From the NCBI GenBank assembly GCA_046351115.1, contig JAXLZB010000001.1, positions 2,990,570 through 3,054,569 on the forward strand: a DNA stretch of 64,000 bases. The letters run 5' to 3'. Positions 56,001-64,000 of this stretch are shown here, piece after piece. Both the position numbers and the translations under genes were made by a program. How positions within the stretch are numbered: the first letter of the stretch is position 1; every line of letters starts with the position of its first letter. The notes under the pieces are model-generated. The model saw nothing but the letters and a program-made list of their open reading frames with translations. It had not been told where the DNA came from and searched no databases. This stretch comes from Nitrospiraceae bacterium. Lineage in GTDB: Bacteria > Nitrospirota > Nitrospiria > Nitrospirales > Nitrospiraceae.

Positions 56001-56512
56001 ATGTCGTCGAGGAAGCGGCTGTCGAATTTGTATTTGCGTTTGACGTCCGGCGTCAGCTCGGGGGAGCCGTCGTCCATCCACTGCTTCCAGCCCTTCCGCA
56101 TTAACGGCCCCTTCAACCGATAGGGTCCGTACACGCGGCGATGGAAGGTGAACCCCTTCAGGCACATGCGCGGGTTGTGCGCGAATGTCCCGCGATTGCC
56201 GTAGAGGTCCTCATAGGTTTGGTGATCGTAGTTCTGCTCGACCCGCATGACGACGCCGTTCCGGACGAAGGCCCGGACGCGACAGCCGTGGGTATCATTC
56301 GGCGAGCAGCACCACGTAAACGACGAGTCATACCGGTACTGGTCATGGTAGACGCGCTCCCACGACCGGTCCGGATACTCGCCCAGCGGGTTCCCGACTT
56401 CCACGACCGGCTGCAGCGCGGTCAGCGCCAGGACTTTATCCGCCACGGCGATCGCCGCGACGGTTCCCACCGTCACTTTGAGAAATTGTCTCCGTGAAAC
56501 GGAAACGTGCAT
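53069..56512 (-). CDS. nxrA: Nitrite oxidoreductase alpha subunit (periplasmic, Mo-bis-MGD, Tat-exported)
   Basis: MHVSVSRRQFLKVTVGTVAAIAVADKVLA Tat signal. WCCSPNDTHGCR Fe-S motif. About 1147 aa. ATG 56512 with aaggagg 8 nt upstream; the ORF-track TTG is at 56518. Confidence 0.95.
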   Translation of the reverse strand: MHVSVSRRQFLKVTVGTVAAIAVADKVLALTALQPVVEVGNPLGEYPDRSWERVYHDQYRYDSSFTWCCSPNDTHGCRVRAFVRNGVVMRVEQNYDHQTYEDLYGNRGTFAHNPRMCLKGFTFHRRVYGPYRLKGPLMRKGWKQWMDDGSPELTPDVKRKYKFDSRFLDDMNRVSWDTAFTYVAKACIVIATRYSGESGARRLREQGYAPEMIEMMKGAGVRCFKHRAGMPVLGIVGKMMNTRFNGGCLPLLDTFIRKVDPDKAQGGKYYSNYTWHGDQDPSHPWWNGTQNCDIDLNDMRFSKLNTSWGKNFVENKMPEAHWKLESIERGARIVVITPEYNPTAYRADYWIPLRPETDAAHFLGACKIILDENMQDIDYIKDFTDLPLLVRTDTLQYLDPRDVIADYKLPDFSKSYSGRIQSLKPDQIERLGGMMVWDLAKGKAVPIHREMVGVHFKASGIDPALTGTFRVKLLNGREVDVMSIYQLYLVHLQDYDLDTTHQITRAPKDLIVRWARDSGTVKPAAMHNGEGVCHYFHMTEMGRAAAMVLTLTGNIGKFGTGCHTWSGNYKAGIWNAVPWSGAGLAVHTGEDPFNLTLDPNAHGKEIKTKSYYYGEEVGYWNHGDTALIVNTPKYGRKVFTGKTHMPSPSKVRWVTNVNILNNAKHHYDMVKNVDPNIEMIVTQDIEMTSDVNHADVAFACNSWMEFTYPEMTATVSNPWVQIWKGGIRPLYDTRNDADTFAGVASKLTEITGDARFRGVFHFVYMNRVDVYPQRMLDASSTCYGYSADVMLKSEKGWMVMGRTYPRHPLWEETNESKPQWTRSGRIETYRIEPEAIEYGENFVVHREGPECTPYLPNAIMTSNPYVRPDDYGIPITAQHHDDKHVRNIKLPWGEIKRHANPLWEKGYQFYCVTPKTRHRVHSQWSVNDWVQIYESNFGDPYRMDKRTPGVGEHQIHINPQAAKDRGINDGDYVYVDGNPVDRPYRGWKPSDPYYKVARLMIRAKYNPAYPYHVTMAKHAPYVSTPKSVKGHETRPDGRAIAVDTGYQSNFRYGAQQSFTRNWLMPMHQTDSLPGKHAIAWKFKWGYQVDHHAINTVPKECLIRITKAEDGGIGARGPWEPVRTGFTPGQENEFMIKWLKGEHIKIKV

Positions 56513-56684
56513 AGCCAATACCTCCTTGTAAGGCAGATCAATGATTCATGGTGCTGTTCGTGCCATCGAGTCGGCCGGTCCGCAGAACATCTGTGATCAC
56601 CTCCCTTCGCGTGGTCGGATGGAAACATCTCGTTGCGGAACCGGTTGTAATCGTGCGAACAGCGCATGACGGGGTATGGGAATA

Positions 56685-56699
56685 TCAAGTGACGTGCCG
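56685..56699 (-). promoter_or_regulatory. Weak sigma-54 -24/-12 candidate (CGGCAC-N5-TTGAT)
   Basis: Minus-strand CGGCACGTCACTTGA. GG and spacing fit TGGCAC-N5-TTGCW, but the -12 C is an A. About 170 nt upstream of the nxrA ATG. Confidence 0.25.
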
Positions 56700-56965
56700 C
56701 GGGTGAGGTCTCGCGCCAGCCGTCGTCGCGCGGAAGGAGACTGATGGAAATTCAGTATGTTGTGAAAATCGGCCGGAAGTCGACGGGCGCTTGGAAGGAA
56801 TTGCGGCTTGGGCTCTGTCAGCAAGGGCTGACGCGCTGGTACATGCTCTTGGCTAAGTTATGGAAATGATGGGGCGATCTGGTGTCCGAAATCACGGACA
56901 CTAGGGCTGGATTCGCCAATACCCACGCCAGACGAGGAGTTCAGCGGGTTTCGTACAACGCAGCG

Positions 56966-58402
56966 TCAGGATTTACTGACGTCCTGCCCGGCATCTTTGA
57001 GATAGCGCCGCATGATTTCATGAAAATAAGAGCGAGGGAGGCCGGCCTCCTGTGCGGCGTGGGTGACATTGCCGTGATGGATCGAGAGCTTGGCGGAGAT
57101 GTATCGATGGTTGAATGCGGCGAGGATCTGCTCCTTGGCCTTCGCATATGGAAGGTGAAGGTAATCTTCCATTCCGTCCGCTCCTCGCCGGTCGGGAGAC
57201 TGCAGCAGCCCTGAGACGTCTGTCACGGCGATTCGATTGCTCTTGGCCAGCATGACCGCGCGCTCCATGACGTTGCGGAGCTCGCGCACGTTACCGGGCC
57301 AGGGATAGGCAACCAATTCGGTGACGGCCGACGGATGAATATCGTCGGTGTGCTTGCTGAATTCCTTGGCATAGCGCGACATGAAATGCCGAGCCAAGAC
57401 GGGGATGTCTTCCGGCCGTTCGCGCAGGGGCGGGACGCGGATGACCATGACGTTGAGCCTGAAAAACAGGTCCTTGCGAAATTCGTTGCGCTTGACCTTT
57501 TCGGCCAGGTCCTGGTTCGTGGCTGCGACGAACCGGACATTCACCTTCTTTTGCTGGGTGCTGCCGACTGCTCGAACCTCGCCCTCTTCCAGCACCCGTA
57601 GGAGCTTGGCTTGCAAGTTGGCGGGTAGGTCTCCGATCTCGTCGAGAAAGACCGTGCCGCGGCTTCCGGACTCGATCAGGCCGGTCTTGTCCGACACCGC
57701 CCCAGTGAATGCCCCGCGCACATGGCCGAAGAGTTCGCTTTCGACGGTGCCCTCGGCAAATGTCGTGCAGTCGACCACTTGAAAGGGGCCGTCACGCTCG
57801 GCGCTGCGCTCATGGATGGCCTTTGCGATCAACTCTTTTCCGGTACCGGTTTCACCGATGATGAGCGTGGTCGAAGGGACTTTGGCGATGGCTTCGATCA
57901 TCTGCATCACGTTCTTGATCGGCGGGCTGACTCCGACCAGATCCTTGAACGGCATCGGCTGGCTGTCGGTCCCGTTGGGCTCGGTGTGCCGAAGAATATC
58001 GGCCATGCGCATGGCACGGTGGATGCGGGCGGCCAGATCCATCGCGTCGAACGGTTTGACCACGTAATCGAACGCGCCGTGGCGCATGGCATCGATTGCG
58101 GTATCGACCGCATTGACCCAGCTGACGACGATGACCGGGATGCGGCGGTTCATATCCTGGACCCGCCGGAGCAACTCGATGCCGCTCATCCCGGGTAACC
58201 GAACGTCCGTGATGATGAGGTCGATCGGTTCGTGGGAGAGGCGCTCCAATCCACCTTCAGCCGTTGCGTTGATCAATAATTCCACTTCCTCATCCTCATG
58301 GCGAGGCAGTTCGTGTTCCACGGCGCGAAGGAACATCTCGACGTCGCCGCCGTTGTCCTCGATCAACAGGATGGTGAAGGTTGAGGGCTTGGTCGTGGGC
58401 AT
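56966..58402 (-). CDS. Sigma-54-dependent response regulator (NtrC family)
   Basis: REC (DLIITDVRLPG), Walker A GETGTGKE, GAFTGA, C-terminal HTH. Confidence 0.9.
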   Translation of the reverse strand: MPTTKPSTFTILLIEDNGGDVEMFLRAVEHELPRHEDEEVELLINATAEGGLERLSHEPIDLIITDVRLPGMSGIELLRRVQDMNRRIPVIVVSWVNAVDTAIDAMRHGAFDYVVKPFDAMDLAARIHRAMRMADILRHTEPNGTDSQPMPFKDLVGVSPPIKNVMQMIEAIAKVPSTTLIIGETGTGKELIAKAIHERSAERDGPFQVVDCTTFAEGTVESELFGHVRGAFTGAVSDKTGLIESGSRGTVFLDEIGDLPANLQAKLLRVLEEGEVRAVGSTQQKKVNVRFVAATNQDLAEKVKRNEFRKDLFFRLNVMVIRVPPLRERPEDIPVLARHFMSRYAKEFSKHTDDIHPSAVTELVAYPWPGNVRELRNVMERAVMLAKSNRIAVTDVSGLLQSPDRRGADGMEDYLHLPYAKAKEQILAAFNHRYISAKLSIHHGNVTHAAQEAGLPRSYFHEIMRRYLKDAGQDVSKS

Positions 58403-58404
58403 GG

Positions 58405-60447
58405 CTAGCCTCTTTCAGCTTGATAGGACAGGTTGGAGAGCAGGGATGCAGATTGGGGCGAGCCAGTTCCACGTTCGGCGGACTTACCGCCGGGAACCGG
58501 GAGACGGAACTGGAATCGGCTGCCGATGCCTGGCGTGGAATCGACCCAGATGGCCCCCTCGTACTGTTCGACCACGGTCTTGACGATAGACAATCCGATG
58601 CCTGCGCCGGGGATATCGGCGGTGCAGAGCCGTTGAAACGGCTCGAAGATCCTTGCCGTCATCGCGGGATCGATGCCCATGCCGTTGTCGTCTACATAGA
58701 TCACCGCGCCGTGCGGGGAGGGATCCCAACCGATGTCCACACGCGGATGCGGCTGCGTACCCATATATTTGATGGCGTTCCCGATTAAATTTTCCAGCAC
58801 CTGTTTGAGGTGGATACGGCGGCAGGCCAGCCGCGGAAGATTGTCAGCAATCGTCACGGTTACCCTGGCCGCCTGGGCCAGGGGCGCGAGTAAATCCAGC
58901 ACTTCCTTCACGACCGCCTGCGTATCGACGCTTTCCAACGGGCTGGGAACCGCCGTGATGCGAGCCAGGTCCAATGTGCGTTCCGCCAGCTGTGCGAGAT
59001 CGCGTCCCTCCTTCTTGATCCATTCGAGATAGCGCCGTCCTTTGTCGTCCAGTCGGCTGCCGTAGTCCGATTCGATCCAGGATGCGAATTCCGCGACGCG
59101 GCCGGCTGGCGCCTTCACCTCGTGAGTCAGCTCCGCGACGTTGCGTTCGACGGCGTGCAGCTTCGCGCGGAGGAGATGTGACTCGGACTGCAGCGCGTCG
59201 AACAGCCGTGCATTCTCGATGGTGACCGCCGCATAGGCCGCGAATTGCTGCGCCAGCCTGATATCCCATTCGCTGAAGGACCGCTGGGTCCCAGTGCTCA
59301 GGAGGGTCAGCACGCCGATGCAGTCGTGCGGCCCGAGCAGCGGGACGGCCAGATAGCTTTGTGCTCCGAACTCGTCGCGAAAGTGAATCAGGCGATCATG
59401 GCAGCTGCCGACATCGGCGACCACGACCGGACGTTTGGTCTCGTACGCTTCGTTGGAAAATGGGGTTTCTTCGGTGAGGAGAATCTGTTTGCGGATGGTG
59501 TCGAAGGCTTGTCCTGATGCGGCCTCCACGATCCAACATTCCAAGACGGAGTGGCGGACCATAATGACGGCCATGTCTACCCGGACGAGGTCGGCTGCGC
59601 GGTCGACGATACGTCGCAGCACCTGCTCGATACCTCCGATGCCGAGTGTGCTGATCTCTTGGCCGGTCGCATGGAGCGCTTCCAGCTCCTCGATGCCCTG
59701 CCTGGTTCGCTGCGCCATATGTTCGAAAGTGCGGGCTAGGCGACCGAGCTCGTTCGACGACTGCACGGCAAGCGTGGTGTTCAGGTCTCCCGCCGCAAGC
59801 CGCTCGGCTCCCCGGGTCAGTTCCTGGAATGGTCGGCGGATCGTCCGGTGGAACAGGATGAAGGCGCCTCCCAGCAGTCCGGCCGACAGGATTAGAAAAA
59901 GAATTTGTAGGGCATAGAGGGTCTTCGTTCTCGCTGCGGCATTGCGTTCGAGGCTGTGCACCATGACCGAAAGGGCATCGACGAATTCATCGGCGTGCCG
60001 GAGGTATTCCTGCTGAGCCAGTTCCAGTTGCATCCCGGATGCTCTGGTTGCCGATTCGATCGACGGGCGGAGCTGCAGGTCCCAACGGTCTTGCAGCCCC
60101 TGAATCTGCCCCATCACCGAGGGCTCGATCTCGCCGATCGGGGCATGATCGGCCGTGCCGTATCGCAAGCCGGTCAGGACTTTCTCCCATCGTGCCGTTT
60201 CCTGGGTAATGAGGTCGCGAAGTGTCGCTTCCTGCTGGGGGGCCGACAGTTGCAGCAGCAGCGAAGCCAGCCGGTAGATACGCATCCGTTCCGTTCCGGC
60301 TTGATCGATCGCGGTACTGATTCCGATCAGCTGTGCCGCCATGTAGGAGGAAACGAGCAACAGGGCGCTGTACATGAGGAACACCAGGAGGAAGGTGGCA
60401 CCGATCTGAGCGATCAACGAAGAGCGGAAGGTTCGGAATCGGCGCAT
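58405..60447 (-). CDS. Sensor histidine kinase with a NarX/NarQ-type periplasmic P-box domain, HAMP, GAF, HisKA, HATPase
   Basis: Start ATG 60447 (the ORF-track extension to 60930 overlaps the upstream gene). P-box AIDQAGTERMRIYRL, HAMP, GAF, H-box THEVKAP, G-box GAGIGLS. Confidence 0.85.
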   Translation of the reverse strand: MRRFRTFRSSLIAQIGATFLLVFLMYSALLLVSSYMAAQLIGISTAIDQAGTERMRIYRLASLLLQLSAPQQEATLRDLITQETARWEKVLTGLRYGTADHAPIGEIEPSVMGQIQGLQDRWDLQLRPSIESATRASGMQLELAQQEYLRHADEFVDALSVMVHSLERNAAARTKTLYALQILFLILSAGLLGGAFILFHRTIRRPFQELTRGAERLAAGDLNTTLAVQSSNELGRLARTFEHMAQRTRQGIEELEALHATGQEISTLGIGGIEQVLRRIVDRAADLVRVDMAVIMVRHSVLECWIVEAASGQAFDTIRKQILLTEETPFSNEAYETKRPVVVADVGSCHDRLIHFRDEFGAQSYLAVPLLGPHDCIGVLTLLSTGTQRSFSEWDIRLAQQFAAYAAVTIENARLFDALQSESHLLRAKLHAVERNVAELTHEVKAPAGRVAEFASWIESDYGSRLDDKGRRYLEWIKKEGRDLAQLAERTLDLARITAVPSPLESVDTQAVVKEVLDLLAPLAQAARVTVTIADNLPRLACRRIHLKQVLENLIGNAIKYMGTQPHPRVDIGWDPSPHGAVIYVDDNGMGIDPAMTARIFEPFQRLCTADIPGAGIGLSIVKTVVEQYEGAIWVDSTPGIGSRFQFRLPVPGGKSAERGTGSPQSASLLSNLSYQAERG

Positions 60448-60578
60448 AGATGCCGCTCGCCTCCGTGGTGACAAACCAACACTCCGTCCCGCGTGGCGGA
60501 TGCGGGACGATCGGCTCGGGCCTAGATACCCTATCGTAGGAGGGGACCTATCGCTAATCAACCCCCCATCAACTTGCA

Positions 60579-61742
60579 TCACTTCTCGAATAACAACATA
60601 AGATAAGCCAGAAACAGCAGCAGGTGGACGGCTCCGAGCAGGACGTTGGTGCGGCGCGCCGCAAACGTCAGCATGCTGAGGACGACCGTGAGGAGGAGGA
60701 GTGTCGTATCGACCTCGTCGAGCCCCAGGATGATTGTGGATCCTCGGAGGAAGCCGATGGTGAGCACGGCGGGAATCGTGAGGCCGATGCTCGCCAGGAC
60801 GGAGCCGAGGAGGATGTTTACGGATCGTTGCAGCTGATTGGCCAAGGCCGCCCGCACGGCACCAAAGGATTCCGGCGCCAGCACCATCGCTGCGACCAAC
60901 ACGCCCCCCAATGCAGGCGGAGCTTGCCATTGATGGAGAAAGTAGTCGATCGGCACCGCGGCATGCTCGGCTAAGAGGACAAGCGGGACCAGATACCCCA
61001 GCAACAGGGCTCCATGGGCCCAGAGCGGTTTGGCTGGGGCGCCGTCCCGTTGCGGCTGTCGGGGAAACGCCCGTCCGGATCGCTTGGGGGCGAGAAAGTA
61101 GTCACGATGGCGTAGGTTTTGAATAGCCAGGAATACGCCATAGAGGCCCAGCGACATGACGATCAAGAACGCCGACAGTCTGGGTGAGTAGGTGGGACCC
61201 GGTGAGGAGAGCGTATAGTTCGGCATGACGAGTCCGAGGACTGCGAGCGGCACAATCACGGCCAGAAAGGCATTGGCCCCTTGCAGGTTATAGCTTTGCT
61301 CATGGTAGCGAAGCCCGCCGAGCACCAGCGAGAGGCCCACCATTCCGTTCAGCACGATCATCACCACCGCGAACATCGCGTCGCGTGCCAACGAGGGGTT
61401 GCCTGATTCCGTATACATGAAGGCGCTGATCATCACGACTTCGATGCCGGTAACGGAGAGGGTGAGGATGACGGTTCCGACCGGTTCCCCCAGCCTGGTG
61501 GCCAGGGCTTCGGCATGGTGGATGGCCGAGAAGGCCGAGGTCAGGATGGCAAACAGCAGCCAAGCCAATAGGGCCATGAGTTGGAGCGGACGGTCGAAGT
61601 CGCTGAGCCACTCGTCGCCGTATGCGACGAACAACAGGGCCGTCGTAATCGGGAGTATCAGCAGTGCTTGCCCGAACGACCCTGTTCTTTGGCCGGCGGG
61701 CGGGACCTCGGGGAGGGCTGCTGTGTCGGCCGGTTTGATCAT
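60579..61742 (-). CDS. chaA: Cation/proton antiporter, CaCA family (ChaA-like)
   Basis: 11-TM protein. AIHHAEALATRLGEPVGTVILTLSVTGIEVVMISAF resembles the ChaA signature region. Confidence 0.75.
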   Translation of the reverse strand: MIKPADTAALPEVPPAGQRTGSFGQALLILPITTALLFVAYGDEWLSDFDRPLQLMALLAWLLFAILTSAFSAIHHAEALATRLGEPVGTVILTLSVTGIEVVMISAFMYTESGNPSLARDAMFAVVMIVLNGMVGLSLVLGGLRYHEQSYNLQGANAFLAVIVPLAVLGLVMPNYTLSSPGPTYSPRLSAFLIVMSLGLYGVFLAIQNLRHRDYFLAPKRSGRAFPRQPQRDGAPAKPLWAHGALLLGYLVPLVLLAEHAAVPIDYFLHQWQAPPALGGVLVAAMVLAPESFGAVRAALANQLQRSVNILLGSVLASIGLTIPAVLTIGFLRGSTIILGLDEVDTTLLLLTVVLSMLTFAARRTNVLLGAVHLLLFLAYLMLLFEK

Positions 61743-61803
61743 GGTGATAGGAACTAGGGTGACCTGCGCGGCTCACTCATGGTTTCGACGAGCCCAATCG
61801 GAT

Positions 61804-62118
61804 TCATGACGAGGCCCTCAGGCCGAGAATCCCGGCGACGATCAGGAGGAGGGAAATCAGGCGCGTGGCCGAGGCCGATTCAGCGAACAATACCATTCCC
61901 AGTACTGCGGTCCCGGCGATGCCGATGCCGGTCCAGATCGCGTAGCCCGTTCCAACGGGAATGCTTTTGAGGGCAAGGGCAAGCAGTCCCATGCTGGCGC
62001 AGATCGAGAGTATCGTGATCATCGAGGGCCACGGCCTGGTGAAGCCATCGGAATATTTCAACCCAACGGCCCACGCAACCTCGAAGAGCCCTGCCAGCAC
62101 CAAGTATCCCCAGGCCAT
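61804..62118 (-). CDS. sugE: SMR-family transporter (SugE/Gdx-like)
   Basis: 104 aa, [23 protein letters not shown]. gggaggaag SD. The ORF-track start is 62229. Confidence 0.85.
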   Translation of the reverse strand: MAWGYLVLAGLFEVAWAVGLKYSDGFTRPWPSMITILSICASMGLLALALKSIPVGTGYAIWTGIGIAGTAVLGMVLFAESASATRLISLLLIVAGILGLRASS

Positions 62119-62180
62119 AGATTGGCTTCCTCCCTGCGGTCCACACAGCCGGGTCGCGTCGCTGCAGCAACCCGCCGGCC

Positions 62181-64000
62181 TTAATGCCGGTCGCGTCCGC
62201 TCTGCAACGCGAGCCCTTCCTCTGCCCATCCGGCCTCGCCCTCTCGCCCTTCCCCCTGTGGGGATGTCGGCCTGGTGTGGCTTTCATCCGACCGGTCGAG
62301 CCAGCGGTACAGCACCGGCAAGACGACAAGCGTCAACAGGGTGGAGCTCACTAGACCGCCGATGACGACGATCGCGAGCGGCCGTTGCACTTCCGAGCCG
62401 ATGCCGTGGGCGACAGCCAACGGAACTAGTCCGAGTAAGGCCACCGTTGCCGTCATGAGCACCGGCCTGAGTCGCAGGAGGCAACCGGTCACCACGGCCT
62501 CGTGGCTGCTCAATCCATCCGCCCGCAGCTGATTGAAGTAGGACACCAGGACGATGCCGTTGAGCACCGCGACGCCGAACAGATTGATGAACCCGACTGA
62601 AGCGGGGACGCTGAGGTATTCACCGGAAAGCCACAGGGCGACGATGCCGCCGATCATGGCGAACGGTAGGTTCAGAATGATCAGCGCGGCGTGCCGGACC
62701 GAGTTGAAGGAGGCAAAGAGCAGCAGGAAGATCAGGCCGATGGTGATCGGGACGATGATTCTCAAACGAGCCATCGCCCGCTGCATATTTTCGAACGAGC
62801 CGCCCCACACGAGGTGATAACCGGACGGCATGGGTACCTGCGCCGCGATCTTGCTTTGGGCTTCGGCGACGATGCTTTCGATGTCACGGCCGAGTGTGTT
62901 GAAGCCGACGTAGATGCGACGCTGCAGGCCTTCTCGGCTGATCTGGGCCGGCCCTTCGCGCAATTCCACCGTGGCGAGTTCCCCCAGCGGGATCAGCGCT
63001 CCGGTGCCGGACGTCAACAGAATGTTGCTGATAGTCTGCACACTGTCGCGGTATTTCTCGGGATACCGGAACGTCAGGTCGAACCGCTTTTGTCCTTCAT
63101 ACACGACGGTCGCCGTTTCCTGGCCGATCGCGGTGGTAATGATTTCCCGAATATGTCCGACAGTGATGCCGTGCCGGGCGATCTTTTTCCGGTCGATGTC
63201 GATGGTGAGGTACGTTTGGCCGAAGAGCTGTTCGACGCGAACATCCCCGACGCCCTTGATGGAACTCATGATCCCCTGAATTTTCTCCGCCAGTGTCCGC
63301 AACATGGAGAGATCTTCCCCGAGAATCTTGACCGTGGCCTCGGATCGCACTCCGGAGAGGAGTTCGTCGACGCGTTGTTGGATCGGTTGGCTCAACAGGA
63401 AATTCGCGCCGGGAACCTGCTCGATCCGTTTCCGGATCGCATCGTCCAGTTGGGGTTTGGTCTTGGCCGTGGTCCATTCGTCCATTGGACGGAGTGTGAC
63501 GACCGGGTCGCTGGCATTCGCTTCCTGGGGATCATTCGCGAGTTCGGACCGGCCGATCTTGGAAACCACCGACCGGACTTCCGGAAATTCCAGCACGGCC
63601 CGCTGCACGTCCTTTTCGATCTCGATGGACTTGTCCAGGGCGATGCTCGGATACCGGATGATCTGCGGCGTGATGGCGGCCTCGTTGAGGATCGGAATGA
63701 ATTCCCCGCCGAGAAATGGGAATAGGGCGAGGCTGCCTCCCAAGAGTCCCACGGCGATGGCCAACACACCGAACCGATGCGTCATCGCCCACTGCAGTGT
63801 CGGTACGTAGAGCCGCTTGGCCCAGCGGAGCAAGAACGTGTCCTCCTCGCTGCCTCGCTCGAGCGCCAAGGCGCAGAGGACCGGAGAGAGTGTGAGCGAC
63901 AGCGCGAGCGAGACCATGAGCGCGATGATGATTGTATAGGCGAGGGGCTGGAACATTTTCCCCTCCATGCCCTGGAGGGTGAGGATCGGCAGGAATACCA
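62181..64000 (-). CDS. RND heavy-metal efflux pump, CzcA/CusA family (C-terminal ~600 aa; N-terminus lies beyond the window)
   Basis: [27 protein letters not shown] and C-terminal TM bundle. The reading frame stays open to the window edge. Confidence 0.9.
   Translation of the reverse strand, partial: VFLPILTLQGMEGKMFQPLAYTIIIALMVSLALSLTLSPVLCALALERGSEEDTFLLRWAKRLYVPTLQWAMTHRFGVLAIAVGLLGGSLALFPFLGGEFIPILNEAAITPQIIRYPSIALDKSIEIEKDVQRAVLEFPEVRSVVSKIGRSELANDPQEANASDPVVTLRPMDEWTTAKTKPQLDDAIRKRIEQVPGANFLLSQPIQQRVDELLSGVRSEATVKILGEDLSMLRTLAEKIQGIMSSIKGVGDVRVEQLFGQTYLTIDIDRKKIARHGITVGHIREIITTAIGQETATVVYEGQKRFDLTFRYPEKYRDSVQTISNILLTSGTGALIPLGELATVELREGPAQISREGLQRRIYVGFNTLGRDIESIVAEAQSKIAAQVPMPSGYHLVWGGSFENMQRAMARLRIIVPITIGLIFLLLFASFNSVRHAALIILNLPFAMIGGIVALWLSGEYLSVPASVGFINLFGVAVLNGIVLVSYFNQLRADGLSSHEAVVTGCLLRLRPVLMTATVALLGLVPLAVAHGIGSEVQRPLAIVVIGGLVSSTLLTLVVLPVLYRWLDRSDESHTRPTSPQGEGREGEAGWAEEGLALQSGRDRH

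Noticed and set aside
53024-56104. Two long plus-strand ORFs (53024..54175 and 54230..56104)
   Set aside because: Both are antisense to nxrA, whose identity is unambiguous. The translations are Arg/Val/Asp/His-rich and low in complexity.
56551-56566. TGGCAC hexamer (minus strand TGGCACGAACAGCAC) close to the nxrA start
   Set aside because: The -24 hexamer is perfect, but the only downstream GC lies 8 nt rather than 10 nt from the GG, so the -12 element is out of register. It also lies only about 35-50 nt from the ATG.
56915-56930. TGGCGT-GGGTA-TTGGC sigma-54-like string (minus strand)
   Set aside because: It has GG rather than GC at -12, lies 36 nt after the regulator stop, and sits upstream of a hairpin. 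This is a less plausible position than 56685..56699.
60448-60930. 161-codon N-terminal extension of the kinase ORF (track 58405..60930)
   Set aside because: The extension overlaps the 3' end of the ChaA-like gene in another frame and is Arg/Pro/His-rich. The TM helix and P-box begin right after Met at 60447.
62119-62180. Possible guanidine riboswitch in the 62-nt leader of the SugE/Gdx-like gene
   Set aside because: Gdx genes are often riboswitch-controlled, and the leader contains CCGG...ACCCGG...GGAC fragments reminiscent of ykkC-III. However, the ACGR element and the second helix complementarity are missing. No two ACGR hairpins (mini-ykkC) are present and the leader is too short for ykkC-I. 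A covariance-model scan would settle it.
2845-63725. Other long antisense ORFs (2845..3897, 21032..22270, 31436..32644, 34092..35177, 35271..36275, 44209..45696, 46146..47171, 51768..52463, 51791..52447, 53871..54974, 62691..63725)
   Set aside because: Each overlaps a motif-supported gene on the other strand or frame and has no SD or recognisable domain. Treated as GC-bias artefacts.
1-64000. Search for tRNA/rRNA genes, CRISPR repeats, IS elements, integrases and phage or defence genes
   Set aside because: No GGTTCGAATCC-type T-arm motifs or cloverleaf candidates in the intergenic regions. No short direct-repeat arrays. No transposase, recombinase or nuclease-NTPase defence-like ORFs. All large ORFs were assigned to metabolic, regulatory or housekeeping families.

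Overview
GC-rich, densely coding chromosomal window of about 50 genes. I recognised no rRNA, tRNA, CRISPR array, transposase or integrase. The gene content fits a Nitrospira-type nitrite oxidiser. A periplasmic-type nitrite oxidoreductase, nxrA (Tat signal) plus nxrB, lies on the minus strand at 51.7-56.5 kb. It is preceded by a sensor kinase and a sigma-54 activator. At 25.5-39.2 kb on the plus strand there is an apparent NXR accessory region: an HExxH/zinc-ribbon protein, a NapF-like ferredoxin, a TorD/NarJ-like chaperone and two NxrC-type (EB_dh haem b) paralogues. The same region holds a B12-radical SAM enzyme, an orphan tatA, a PDZ protein and two tandem pentahaem cytochromes c. At 0.1-11.9 kb there are two cytochrome bd-like (CydA-like) paralogues with no CydB. 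The second one heads what looks like a complete transcription unit: a perfect sigma-70 promoter, two unannotated micro-ORFs, the oxidase subunit, three membrane c-cytochromes (one fused to an NxrC-type domain) and an intrinsic terminator. Housekeeping blocks are mobA, argS, tgt-yajC-secDF, hppA and recJ-rel. Other notable items: an orphan pup gene ending in GGE; a bfd gene with a promoter and Fur-box-like operator; a NarX-type P-box in the kinase next to nxrAB; a stand-alone CHASE3 protein after nxrB; and several intercistronic hairpins. All function calls rest on motifs read from the translations and on recalled family knowledge. No database search was run.
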